A DNA stretch of 32,000 bases from an uncultured Nitrososphaerota archaeon (GCA_963701075.1 OY969559.1:1486639-1518638); one strand, 5' to 3'. Numbered from the stretch's first letter, positions 9,364 to 18,780 are shown. Notes: a model not told the origin generated them from the sequence alone. A program made the numbers and translations.

Positions 9364-9607
9364 ATTTTGTAACCTGAGGGGTTTTCCAGTCTCCAATATT
9401 GTAACCATCTTGTCGCAAATATTTTAGAGTAAGCTTGTAGACCAACTCGTCATTGTCAGAGACTTCTAGAATTTCTTTCCAAGTGACCACTCCTGTCTGC
9501 TCTATCTTCTTTTCAAGTTGAGAAGAGACAGATTTTGCTATCTCTCGGCATTGATCAAATGTTTTACCATTTTTGTAAGCTCTTGTCCTTGAATCACAGG
9601 CGTCCAC
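9353..9607 (-). CDS. hypothetical small protein
   Basis: 84-aa ORF with a GTG start, convergent with and overlapping the 8521-9363 gene by 11 nt. No motif recognised. Confidence 0.4.
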   Translation of the reverse strand: MDACDSRTRAYKNGKTFDQCREIAKSVSSQLEKKIEQTGVVTWKEILEVSDNDELVYKLTLKYLRQDGYNIGDWKTPQVTKSIA

Positions 9608-9680
9608 AGTTCACAGAATACATGACCTAAATAAAAAGTTCAATTTTTTGAGTTTATTTAATAGAAGAGTTTTAAACTAA

Positions 9681-10613
9681 ATGAGATTTATAATTTGTCA
9701 ATTGCTAACAGATAACAAACAGAAATTTGTCAACATCAATCCGGTGGATGCGCTTCTTTGGACATTTCGTAGAAATGAAAATGATGTCATAAATCTTTAC
9801 GATGCACTTTCATCCCTAATGCAGATCTCTACTGGAAGCAACATGCTCAACTTTGGATATTGGAATGAAACTACGTCTGATCCTCATCAAGCACAGATCA
9901 CACTTTGTAAAACTATTGCAGAGATGGCTGAATTAGAATCAGCAAATGACATACTGGATGTAGGAAGTGGTTTTTCAGAACCTGCAATTATCTGGAAATC
10001 AGAATTTCCTCACATCAAGATATCTTGCCTGAATGTAAATCCACAACAACTCAATTTTGCCTCAAAAATTCTCAAAGGAAACGGTTCTGCATCAAATCAA
10101 TGTAATTTTGGTTCAGATCACATTAGCCTTGTCAATTCTACTGCTACAAAATTGCCGTTTGCAGATAAATCCATGGACAGAATAATCGCCTTAGAGTCTG
10201 CACAGCACTTCAAGCCATTTTCAGAATTCATATCAGAAAGTAGAAGAGTGTTGAGGGAAAAAGGCATCCTAGTTCTAGCCATACCAACACTGGCAAAATC
10301 AGCAAAATCCCTTGAGGTTTTCAAGCTTGGCATACTGTCTTTTACGTGGTCATCTGAACACTATGATCTTGAAAATATCAAAAAGACAATTACAGATGAA
10401 GGATTTAATGTGATTTCTACAGACTTCATAGGCTCAAAGGTATACGAGCCACTTACTGATTATTACATGAGAGAAAGAGATGTTTTAAGATCAAAGATAT
10501 TACAACAATATTCGCCATATGTTGAAAAGATTCTCTTCAAATCACTTTTAAAAATGAAAGAGGTTTCTGAAAACAAGACCATCGATTACATTCTTTTAAA
10601 GTGTGTCGTATAA
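9681..10613 (+). CDS. class I SAM-dependent methyltransferase
   Basis: 310 aa with motif I ILDVGSGFSEPA, an acidic/aromatic post-I region and DRIIALESAQHF (motif IV-like). Substrate unknown. Confidence 0.75.
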   Translation: MRFIICQLLTDNKQKFVNINPVDALLWTFRRNENDVINLYDALSSLMQISTGSNMLNFGYWNETTSDPHQAQITLCKTIAEMAELESANDILDVGSGFSEPAIIWKSEFPHIKISCLNVNPQQLNFASKILKGNGSASNQCNFGSDHISLVNSTATKLPFADKSMDRIIALESAQHFKPFSEFISESRRVLREKGILVLAIPTLAKSAKSLEVFKLGILSFTWSSEHYDLENIKKTITDEGFNVISTDFIGSKVYEPLTDYYMRERDVLRSKILQQYSPYVEKILFKSLLKMKEVSENKTIDYILLKCVV

Positions 10614-10641
10614 CAACAAACAAACCCTTATTTTGTAGTAC

Positions 10642-10709
10642 GGCACAGTGTCATCATAATACCAGTTCGTCTGGTACCCACTGCGTAGAGTAATTTCTAC
10701 GCAGGTGCC
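10642..10709 (+). other. nested stem-loop element (possible structured RNA or terminator) downstream of the methyltransferase
   Basis: GGCAC (10642-46) pairs with GTGCC (10705-09). This encloses hairpin ACCAG-TTCGT-CTGGT (10661-75) and a perfect 9-bp hairpin CTGCGTAGA-GTAATT-TCTACGCAG (10681-10704), followed by ATTTTAT. Confidence 0.3.
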
Positions 10710-10855
10710 ATTTTATCACAATCCATACTCTACAGGTAAAGCGTGCGTTTCCATCATTAGTTTTAAGAAATTTGTCATAGAAGATCAAAAAATATGTCGT
10801 ACACCATTTAAACTAGAGAAAAAGAATTATTAGCACATTTTAACTATCTTGGTAT

Positions 10856-11020
10856 ATGGGCCTATTTCGAAAAAAAGAAACGCCTGAAACAAAATGTAAA
10901 GAGTGTGGCCTAGAATTCAATGACCCTGTACGTTTAGACAGACATATGAAAAAAGCCCACAAGCATGCGCCACAAAGGAAATCTGACGAACAAGGGTTTT
11001 CCACTGGTGGCATGTGGTAA
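10856..11020 (+). CDS. small C2H2 zinc-finger protein (54 aa)
   Basis: MGLFRKKETPETKCKECGLEFNDPVRLDRHMKKAHKHAPQ... fits C-x2-C-x12-H-x4-H exactly. ATG start. Absent from the ORF track (under 60 aa); the 10840-11091 minus-strand ORF there is its antisense shadow. Confidence 0.65.
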   Translation: MGLFRKKETPETKCKECGLEFNDPVRLDRHMKKAHKHAPQRKSDEQGFSTGGMW

Positions 11021-11065
11021 ATTCGCGATAGGTATAATTCACTATTCAAACGGCTATAGAAGAAG

Positions 11066-11695
11066 TTGGTTACCGCAGAGATACTTAGCAATTTGACGAA
11101 TTTTATTATTCAAACCATATCAAATTCTGGATATGTAGGAATTTTCTTCCTCATGGTTGCCGAAAGTGCACTCATCCCCATACCAAGTGAGGTGATCATG
11201 CCATTTTCAGGCTATCTTGTCTCAACAGGAAAGTTCAATGTCATACTTGTCATAATGACAGGCTCCATCGGGAATCTCGTAGGAGCACTGATTGCATATT
11301 TTATTGGAGCGTATCTTGGGAGAAGTTTTGTTTTAAAATATGGCAAGTATGTTTTACTCAAAAAATCTCACCTTGAACTTGCCGAGTCTTATTTTAAAAA
11401 ATATGGCAACAGATCAACTTTTGTCAGTAGATTATTGCCAGCGATAAGGACGTACGTATCTCTACCTGCAGGGGTTGCAAAGATGAACTTGAAGAAATTT
11501 GCAGTTTTCACTCTAGCAGGCTCTATAATATGGAATACCGCATTAACATACATTGGCCTAAAATTAGGCGAGGAATGGAATAGCATCAGAAAGTATTCAG
11601 ATTATTTTGACGCTGTTGTCGTAATAGTTGTAATAGTTGCCATTATTGCATACTGGAAGAAGAGAAAGGCCACACAGCCAGTCAACGATCCTTAA
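11066..11695 (+). CDS. DedA/SNARE-associated family membrane protein
   Basis: 209 aa with GIFFLMVAESALIPIPSEVIMPFSGYL and RLLPAIRTYVSLPAGVAKM, which are DedA signature regions. TTG start. Confidence 0.8.
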   Translation: MVTAEILSNLTNFIIQTISNSGYVGIFFLMVAESALIPIPSEVIMPFSGYLVSTGKFNVILVIMTGSIGNLVGALIAYFIGAYLGRSFVLKYGKYVLLKKSHLELAESYFKKYGNRSTFVSRLLPAIRTYVSLPAGVAKMNLKKFAVFTLAGSIIWNTALTYIGLKLGEEWNSIRKYSDYFDAVVVIVVIVAIIAYWKKRKATQPVNDP

Positions 11696-11963
11696 AATGG
11701 CTTAGTTCTTCTAGTATTATTTTGAATATTGTTTCATTATCAAGTAGAACGCATGGAATGTTGTTTTCCTTGCATGCCTTACCAACTTCGGTGTCTTCTG
11801 TGACCATTATCATGCCATTTTCTTCAGCATATTTTATCATAGAATAGTCACTAGTAAGTTTCTTGCCTTCTGCAACCAGTTTTTTTACACTTAGTGCTTC
11901 ATATCCAAATTCCTTTAGTTTTGCATCTATTCCATCATACATTGCATCAACTAGCACTTTCAT
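11682..11963 (-). CDS. small PIN-like / Mut7-C (DUF5615)-like protein
   Basis: 93 aa. MKVLVDAMYDGIDAKLKEFGYEA...SDYSMIKYAEENGMIMVTEDTE follows the MK-x-L-x-D...L-x2-G...D-x3-I-x-A...I-x-T-x-D pattern of DUF5615/Mut7-C domains. No partner gene is visible. Confidence 0.4.
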   Translation of the reverse strand: MKVLVDAMYDGIDAKLKEFGYEALSVKKLVAEGKKLTSDYSMIKYAEENGMIMVTEDTEVGKACKENNIPCVLLDNETIFKIILEELSHFKDR

Positions 11964-12221
11964 AGATTAACCTCAAAAGAGTTCCTATTTTTATCATTTG
12001 GTTTTAAGACAGATGACATGCACAATTTGATTTGGATTTGTTTTTCTTGCTAAAAAGATGATTTTACATATAATGACATTGATTCTATGAAGACACATAT
12101 TGCAATTATGTCCTAAAAGGAACCTTTAGAAACATTGCATAAAACTTTTAGATCATGGAGCTTTCCGTACCACATGAGAAAGGAATCAAAATGCGTATAA
12201 ACACGTTCATTCTGCCCTAGC

Positions 12222-13897
12222 ATGAACATGATACTAGATACAATTTTTCTAAATATTTCTGTGAGGGAGTTTTCACATGTGCTTCTCTATTCCTCATATT
12301 CTTTGCTAAGAATGACTATTGCCCTTGTCATATCGTATGTATTTGCAATAACATATGGTGTTGCAGCAGCGCGTAACAAAAAAGCTGAAAAAATACTGAT
12401 GCCCATTTTAGATATCTTACAATCGGTTCCCATTCTGGGATTCTTTCCGGCAGCCATATTCTTCTTTATCGCCTTATTCCATCAAAGTTGGGTTGGAGTT
12501 GAGATGGCTGCAGTATTTCTCATCTTTACAAGTCAAGCTTGGAATCTTGCCTTTGCAGTGTATGAATCAGTATCATCCATACCTGCAGATTTGGAAGAGG
12601 TGTCAGGTTCATTCGGATTAAAAAAGTGGAAAAAATTCACGACATTGTACATCCCAGCGTCCTTACCAAAGCTGATCTATAACGGGATTTTATCATGGTC
12701 TGCAGGATGGTATTATTTGGTGGCTGCAGAAATGATCTCCATAGGGTCACAGCAGTTCAACATGCATGGTATTGGAAGTCTATCTCAGCTGAAGCGACTT
12801 ACACAGGAGACTATCAAGGAACAATCATGGGTCTTTCTGTGCTTGTCATGATAATTCTTTTTGTCGATTTGATATTGTGGCGCCCTCTAAGACACTATGC
12901 AAATAGATTCAGGTATGAAGCAGTGTCTTCTGAGGAAGATCAGTCTCACAAAGGCGGTATTCAGGATCAGAGAATTACATGGTTGCGAAGTCACTTATTC
13001 ATATTACCTGTCAGATCTACAGGACTGACTCAGGCAATTACTACTAGCAGATTCAAACCAATCATTGCAACCGTCAGACATGCTACAGAGGAACCAAAAT
13101 TTGTTCAAAGACACCGCAAGCCGATACTGATTGCAGCGATAGTTATCATCTTGGGCATATTTGTTATTACAAGTGAAGCTTTTCTTGTAGGACTAGTCTC
13201 GTTTCCAGCTAGCATGACAAATGACTTGAAAAAACCAGAAATAGCTTCGGTGGCAGCCCAGATCCCTGCTGCATTAGGAGCTTCAATACTTCGACTATTG
13301 GCAGCTTATCTAATCAGCATAGCATGGATTATTCCTCTAGCTCTAAAACTAGCAGGCAAGCCAAAATCTTTTGGCACGTCCATATTTACAATGGAGATTC
13401 TTGCGTCTCTTCCTGCAACTGCACTCTTTCCAATTATAGTGCTAGGAACCATGCATTTGCCAGGTGGTCTACAACTCACGTCAATTGTTCTCACAATGAC
13501 TGGAATGCAGTGGTATCTGCTCTTTAACATACTGGGCGGGGTCAAGGCAATTCCATCAGACTTGGTTGAAGCAGCAAAGACATATCGCATCACAGGATTG
13601 CAAAAGCTCCGAAAATTTATCCTGCCTGCAATTCTTCCCACATTTATTACTGGAAGCATAACTGCATGGGGTGGTGGATGGAATGCATTGGTTTTATCAG
13701 AATATATCACATTTAACAAACAGACATTATCCGTGCAAGGCATTGGGGCATTAATGAATGAATCAGCGTACAATCTGGGTAGTGTTACTTTGCTTACTTT
13801 GACTATTGTTGTGATGGTCTGCGTAGTAGTAGGAATGAACAGATTGATATGGAGACGACTTTACAAAATAACGTTTACAAAGTATAAGTTGGATTGA
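12222..13897 (+). pseudogene. ABC transporter fused duplicated permease (NitT/TauT-like), frame interrupted near 12780
   Basis: ORF 12222-12851 (permease domain 1) and ORF 12695-13897 (linker plus permease domain 2) overlap in different frames. Sense continues ...ISIGSQQFNMHGIGS (frame A) then ISAEATYTGDYQGTIMGLSVLVMIILFVDLILWRPL (frame B, -1). One nucleotide appears to be missing around 12780. Confidence 0.75.
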
Positions 13898-13906
13898 TGA
13901 GATTAA

Positions 13907-14680
13907 TTGACAACACAAATTGAGATGCCAAAACTAGTTGAACTTCGTAATGTTACCAAAGCATACGGCCCATTAACTCAGAGACCACAAGTTGTTTTGG
14001 AGCACATCAACTTCACGGTACGACAACATGAGTTTGTCAGCATAGTAGGACCGTCAGGATGTGGAAAATCAACACTCTTGAGAATAATGATAGGCCTTAC
14101 CAAACCAGAAGATGGCGATGTGTATTATCACGATAAGAAGATTGGCGGAATTTGTGAGGCAATGTCAATGGTTTTTCAGACGTTTGCATTATTTCCATGG
14201 TTAAATGTTATTGGAAATGTGGAACTTGGACTAGAAGGAAAGCCGTTTTCTAAAGAAGAAAAAAGAAAACGAGTATTAGACGTAGTCAAGGTAATTGGTC
14301 TTGAAGGATACGAGGAAGCTTATCCAAGAGAACTGTCAGGAGGGATGAAGCAACGTGTCGGACTTGCAAGAGCAATGGTTTCAGAACCTGAAATTCTTTT
14401 GATGGATGAACCGTTCTCAGCATTAGATCCTTTGACCTCTACACACCTAAGAGAAGAGGTATTGCACCTATGGGCAGACCCAACCTTGCCCCCAGAGGCA
14501 GTAGTAATGGTAACACATAATGTAGAAGAGGCGGTATACATGGCAGATAGGATTATTGTTTTGACATCTAGGCCAGGCACCATAGCCAAAGAGTTCCACA
14601 TAGATCTACCCAGACCAAGAGATACGCGAAGCCCTGAACTATACAAGCTTGTAGACGAGATAACAGGATTTATAGTATGA
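13907..14680 (+). CDS. ABC transporter ATP-binding protein (NitT/TauT family-like)
   Basis: Walker A GPSGCGKST, Q-loop VFQ, signature LSGGMKQR, Walker B LLMDEPFSALD, H-loop VTHN. Start is TTG 13907 or ATG 13925. Confidence 0.9.
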   Translation: MTTQIEMPKLVELRNVTKAYGPLTQRPQVVLEHINFTVRQHEFVSIVGPSGCGKSTLLRIMIGLTKPEDGDVYYHDKKIGGICEAMSMVFQTFALFPWLNVIGNVELGLEGKPFSKEEKRKRVLDVVKVIGLEGYEEAYPRELSGGMKQRVGLARAMVSEPEILLMDEPFSALDPLTSTHLREEVLHLWADPTLPPEAVVMVTHNVEEAVYMADRIIVLTSRPGTIAKEFHIDLPRPRDTRSPELYKLVDEITGFIV

Positions 14681-14713
14681 TGAAGATTTATTTGGCAGCA
14701 ATAAAACCGGAAT

Positions 14714-15223
14714 TTGTTTTATGGAGAAAATAGGTTGACCATTCCGCGTGTTCAAGTTGGAAGAATGATTGGGCTCTTGGAGATTTTACAAGACTTTAAG
14801 GGCAAGGTGGATTTGGCCAAAGTTGCAGAAGAGCTTAGACTAGAGCTTGATGACATACTTCCTGCGGTGGATGCTGCAAAGCTTTTGCGTCTACTTCAGG
14901 TAGATACAGGTGATCTGATTCTAACTGAAGATGGAAAAATGCTACTCTCAAATAATGCAAGCGGCAGAAAAAAAATGCTCAACAAGACATTGTCAAGTTT
15001 GGGAGAATTCAAAGGCATTACAGATTTTATTAAAAATGATCACGGTGGCGAAATAACAAAAGATGAACTCATTGGATTCATTAAAGAAAACATGCCCGAT
15101 GTTGATGCAGAGCAGACATTTTCATGGATTGTGGAATGGGGACGCTATTCATTATTGTTAAGGTATGATAGCGGCAGTGAAAAAATAAAGATCACACAGA
15201 AAAGCACAAGTTCCAAAGAGTAA
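14714..15223 (+). CDS. stand-alone AAA-associated C-terminal domain protein (PF09821-like) of the ABC system
   Basis: 169 aa. IPRVQVGRMIGLLEILQDFKGKVDLAKVAEELRLELDDILPAVDAAKLLRLLQVDTGDLILTEDGK resembles the domain usually fused C-terminally to NitT/TauT-type ATPases. Lies immediately downstream of the ATPase. Confidence 0.55.
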   Translation: MFYGENRLTIPRVQVGRMIGLLEILQDFKGKVDLAKVAEELRLELDDILPAVDAAKLLRLLQVDTGDLILTEDGKMLLSNNASGRKKMLNKTLSSLGEFKGITDFIKNDHGGEITKDELIGFIKENMPDVDAEQTFSWIVEWGRYSLLLRYDSGSEKIKITQKSTSSKE

Positions 15224-15372
15224 TCACTAGACAAGATTAGTATTATTCAGTGGTTTTTTCCCAGTGGACATTTTTATCAAATCTTTGATTTCCTTGTTAG
15301 TTATTATGCTAAAATAGATCATTTCTATTAAAATTGATTTAAATTAACTATAAATCTAGTATAATCTCTATT

Positions 15373-17146
15373 TTGTATGGAAAATCAAAGGTTCATAAAT
15401 CGAATTCACCAACTCTCGGAGAATTACCTATCATGAAAGAATTTGGAACCTTAGAGTATGTCTTGGATACATATTCAAAAAACTGGACTTGGAAGCTGAC
15501 CGGCTCTAGAGCTGTTAGCATGGTTGCCCGAGTTATTCCCCATGCATGGTATGGGGATGGTCCTGAAGAAGCTATAGTACCTGATACAGAACACAATGTT
15601 CAGAAAATTAAATGGATAATGGAAACATATCCACTTGAGATAAAATCTAGAAACATTTGGCAAAGAAAGACAAGACATATGAAAGTGTCAAAAAAGAAAT
15701 GGACTAGAATAGAAAAATTGCGAAAAGCAAACCCCGGTGAGCAGTTCAGGGGCACGCTACTTAATTTTCAAAGAGAAGGACTGGATTTTCTTCTAAAATC
15801 TTCTGGCAATGCCCTTTTAGCTGACGAAATGGGATTGGGCAAGACAGTCCAGACCCTATCATATCTTGCAACAGAAAGACAAACATTTCCAGCTCTAATT
15901 GTTGCGCCTCTTGTGACCTTGAGCAATTGGCAAAGAGAAATTCAAAAGTTTCTCAAGAGAAGAAGCAGAAATGGAAGAATAGTTGAAGGTGAGTATCCAA
16001 CATCAGTTTTAATTCGAACTGGCAAGTCACAGGAAATAGCCAAGCATGACATTTACATCATAAATTATGATCTGTTATACAAGAGGTTGGATGATCTTTC
16101 GAAACTTAACATAAAGACACTTGTATGCGATGAGGTGCAACACCTTCGTTCAAAATCAACTAAAAAGTATTCCGCAGTAAAGAAACTTGCCGCACTAGAA
16201 TCTGTAAAATACAGAATCGGACTGTCTGGCACTCCAATCTACAACAGAGGATCTGAGATTTGGCCCATAGTAGACATACTCAGACCTGGACTACTTGGAA
16301 GTTTTGATGAATTTTGCGAGTATTTCTGCTATGTAAACGAGAAGGGCAAGGCAATAGTTCTTGAAAATAAACGTGCCAGCTTGGGTGAAGAGCTAAGAAA
16401 ACATGTAATGCTAAGGCGCAAAAAGTCAGACGTACTAAAAGAGTTGAAAGAAAAAGTAAGATACAAAGAACTCATCGAGTCAGACATCAATTATTATCAT
16501 GCTGAGCTTGACAAAATATGGAAGCGCTTAGAAGAAGAACAAAAAACTGCGACCTCTGCCTTTGACAAGTTTTCATCATACAAAAGAGCCATCCAAAGCG
16601 AGAGACAGGCAGCAGGCGCTGCAAAAGTACCTCATGTCATAGAGTTTGTCAAAAACATCATGGAGATAGAGGAAAGTGTTGTTGTGTTTTGCCACCACAA
16701 GGCAATTCATGGATTGTTACACAAGAGTCTTCATGAATATTCCCCGTCTTCCATCATAGGAGGCCAGACAGACAAAGAGCGACAAGGCAACATCGACAGA
16801 TTCCAAAATGGTGAAACAAAGACTAATGATTGCAGGACTCAGGGCTGGCAATGTTGGAATCAACCTGAGTAGGGCAAGATATGTAATATTTGCAGAACTT
16901 GATTGGAGTCCTGCCATTCACAGACAAGCTGAAGATAGATTACACAGGATAGGACAGAAGAATACAGTATTTGCATACTATTTGATGGGCAATGGAACAT
17001 TAGATGACCACGTAGCAAATGTGTTAGTTGACAAGAGTTATGAGATAGATGCCATCATGGATGAAAAAGAAGAGCCTTTTGAAGACAAGGACAAGGCGGA
17101 ATTAATCTTGGCCCAAATTCACGACAAGCTCTCAACTAAGCGCTAG
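15373..17146 (+). pseudogene. SNF2/SWI2-family helicase-like ATPase, frame interrupted near 16822
   Basis: Motif I ADEMGLGKT, Ia LIVAPLVTLSNW, II DEVQHLR and III LSGTPIYN lie in ORF 15373-16872. The helicase-C motifs GINLSRA, VIFAELDWSP and QAEDRLHRIGQ lie in ORF 16808-17146 (+1 frame). The junction reads ...DRFQNGETK | LMIAGLRAGNVGINL, with an extra A at about 16822. The likely true start is ATG 15433 (MKEFG). Confidence 0.8.
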
Positions 17147-17148
17147 TT

Positions 17149-17349
17149 TTATCGCTCTTCATGTATCTCGTATGTGTCAAAAAAGTCCTGGCCTTCCCCT
17201 AAATGTTGTGTAATAAATGACTCTAGTTTTTTAATTACTTCGGCACGACTCATCCTTCCTTCCTTGGATACGTAATACTCTACATTTGATTTTCGAAATT
17301 TCTTATAGTTCATCCCTTTTGCCATTATTATTATTACAGAGTTATCCAT
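17149..17349 (-). CDS. hypothetical small protein
   Basis: The ORF is open to 17394, but that start overlaps the DnaJ-TPR gene. ATG 17349 (MDNSVIIIMAKG...) leaves an 11-nt gap. No motif recognised. Confidence 0.35.
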   Translation of the reverse strand: MDNSVIIIMAKGMNYKKFRKSNVEYYVSKEGRMSRAEVIKKLESFITQHLGEGQDFFDTYEIHEER

Positions 17350-17360
17350 AATAAGAGATC

Positions 17361-18098
17361 TTATTGTCGCAACTTTTTTGCCTGCTTGATGCACTTGTCG
17401 CCCTCATTTTTTCTTCCTAGTTTGAGCAGGAGGCTTCCCTTGTTATACCAAGCATTTGCAAAGCCCGGATCAAGACTTGTTGCTTTATCAAATGATTCCA
17501 GTGCTTCATCATATCTTTTCAGATTGTAGAGACAGACGCCATTTAGATTCCAGACTGCTGCATGTTTGGGATTGAGCGTTATTGCCTTTCCAAAAGACTT
17601 CAACGCTTCAGCATATCGTCCCAAGTCAGAGAGACATATACCCTGTAGGTTCCATGCACTCAGTGAATTTGAATCAATTTCCAGTACTTTATCATAGCAT
17701 ACCAGTGCCTCCTCGTATCTTTTCAAATTAGAAAAACAGTCACCCTTCTTGAGCCATGCGTTTGCATATCGTGGTAACTTTGCAGTAGCCTTGTCATAGC
17801 ATACAATTGCCTCATCATACTTGTGTTTAGCAAAAAGTGCTTCAGCTTGGTCGTACCAGGAAACAGCATCTTCAGGGTACAGATCGGCAAATTTTTTGTG
17901 TGATGTTACCACAGATTTGTGGTGATTTCGCAAGATTTCGTATGCATCTGCGATTAGTTTGAATTGCTTGTCGTCTTTTTCTGGCGAATTTTTATCAGGA
18001 TGGTACTTGAGGGCCAATTTTCTATATGCACTTTTTATCTCTTTTAGTGATGAGCCTGGTTCCACACCCAAAATTTCATAGCATTTGGAAACATTCAA
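17361..18098 (-). CDS. DnaJ (J-domain) protein with TPR repeats
   Basis: J-domain YEILGV...[19 protein letters not shown] (HPD motif) followed by about 5 TPR units (A-W-x3-G-x5-L-x-RY-x-EAL-x-C/S-Y/F-DKA). TTG 18098 is the only possible start: in-frame TGA at 18126-18128, and no Met elsewhere in the protein. Confidence 0.85.
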   Translation of the reverse strand: MNVSKCYEILGVEPGSSLKEIKSAYRKLALKYHPDKNSPEKDDKQFKLIADAYEILRNHHKSVVTSHKKFADLYPEDAVSWYDQAEALFAKHKYDEAIVCYDKATAKLPRYANAWLKKGDCFSNLKRYEEALVCYDKVLEIDSNSLSAWNLQGICLSDLGRYAEALKSFGKAITLNPKHAAVWNLNGVCLYNLKRYDEALESFDKATSLDPGFANAWYNKGSLLLKLGRKNEGDKCIKQAKKLRQ

Positions 18099-18352
18099 CT
18101 CGTATCGCCTTTCATGAAGAACATCTCATCAACTCTAATTTGCAAAAACCTCTACAAATTAGGCTTTCACAGCATAACATTATTAATTTTATCATGCATA
18201 AATGTAAAAACTCTATCTTTATGGCGCATTTATCAACAATCCAAACGATCATTTTGATATCACAGCATGCAATTTCGTTGAATTTTATTTAATTCAAAGT
18301 ATCAAAAAATTATTCCCAAGAAATAAATTGAAAAATATTTCAACAGAATTGA

Positions 18353-18517
18353 ATGGCAAATCAAACAATAAGTGAACTTGTCAAAATGGCGGACAAGATA
18401 GTAATTGACGAAGTGAAGGGAAAGAAGGTGACTTTGAAGATAAGCTGGTTTGATCTCAAGGGAACAAGAAAATCAAAAAAGTTTTTGTTGACTGAAAAGG
18501 AAAAGATCGAGTTTTAG
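18353..18517 (+). CDS. hypothetical small basic protein (54 aa)
   Basis: ATG-initiated ORF MANQTISELVKMADKIVIDEVKGKKVTLKISWFDLKGTRKSKKFLLTEKEKIEF in an otherwise empty intergenic stretch. Not in the ORF track (under 60 aa). Coding status unproven. Confidence 0.3.
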   Translation: MANQTISELVKMADKIVIDEVKGKKVTLKISWFDLKGTRKSKKFLLTEKEKIEF

Positions 18518-18780
18518 ATCTTGACCTAATCATCTTTTTTGTCACCCATAATCTATTTTTCCAAGTTTTTTGCTCTCAAACTAGCGAAACGCCCAATATA
18601 CTTGATGATGCAGATTATGTAATGGGTTTTGTATTCTATAACAAAAGACAGAGTCTTTACAGAAAATCATTTGTTTTGTATTCCAATGATTATGAAACAA
18701 TTGATGATGAGGAAGAAGACTAGAGAAGTACGTCTAAACATGCACCCATCAATAAACATCATAAATAAGCAAGTCTTGGT

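Noticed and set aside
10642-10709. Hairpin cluster as a tRNA or C/D-box sRNA
   Set aside because: The stem and loop sizes (9-bp stem with a 6-nt loop; 5-bp stem with a 5-nt loop) do not fit a cloverleaf. There is no acceptor stem or T-loop consensus. The only ATGATGA (minus strand) has no matching CTGA D box at a suitable distance.
12695-12780. ATG 12695 as an independent start for a second permease gene overlapping the first
   Set aside because: The residues it would add (MVCRMVLFGGCRNDLHRVTAVQHAWYWK) are the out-of-frame reading of well-conserved permease sequence in the other frame. They look non-protein-like. A frameshifted fusion explains the data better.
13306-14646. Antisense ORFs 13306-13773 and 14320-14646 within the ABC permease and ATPase genes; likewise 21034-21912 within tfb, 24743-25072, and 30125-31432 within EF-2
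   Set aside because: These are shadow ORFs opposite genes with canonical motifs. There is no independent support.
18026-18292. ORFs 18026-18292 (+), 19706-19939 (-) and 22041-22289 (-) from the track
   Set aside because: They overlap the starts or promoters of better-supported genes, or AT-rich intergenic DNA. Their sequences are low-complexity (I/L/F/S-rich), and better small ORFs exist on the opposite strand. Treated as spurious.
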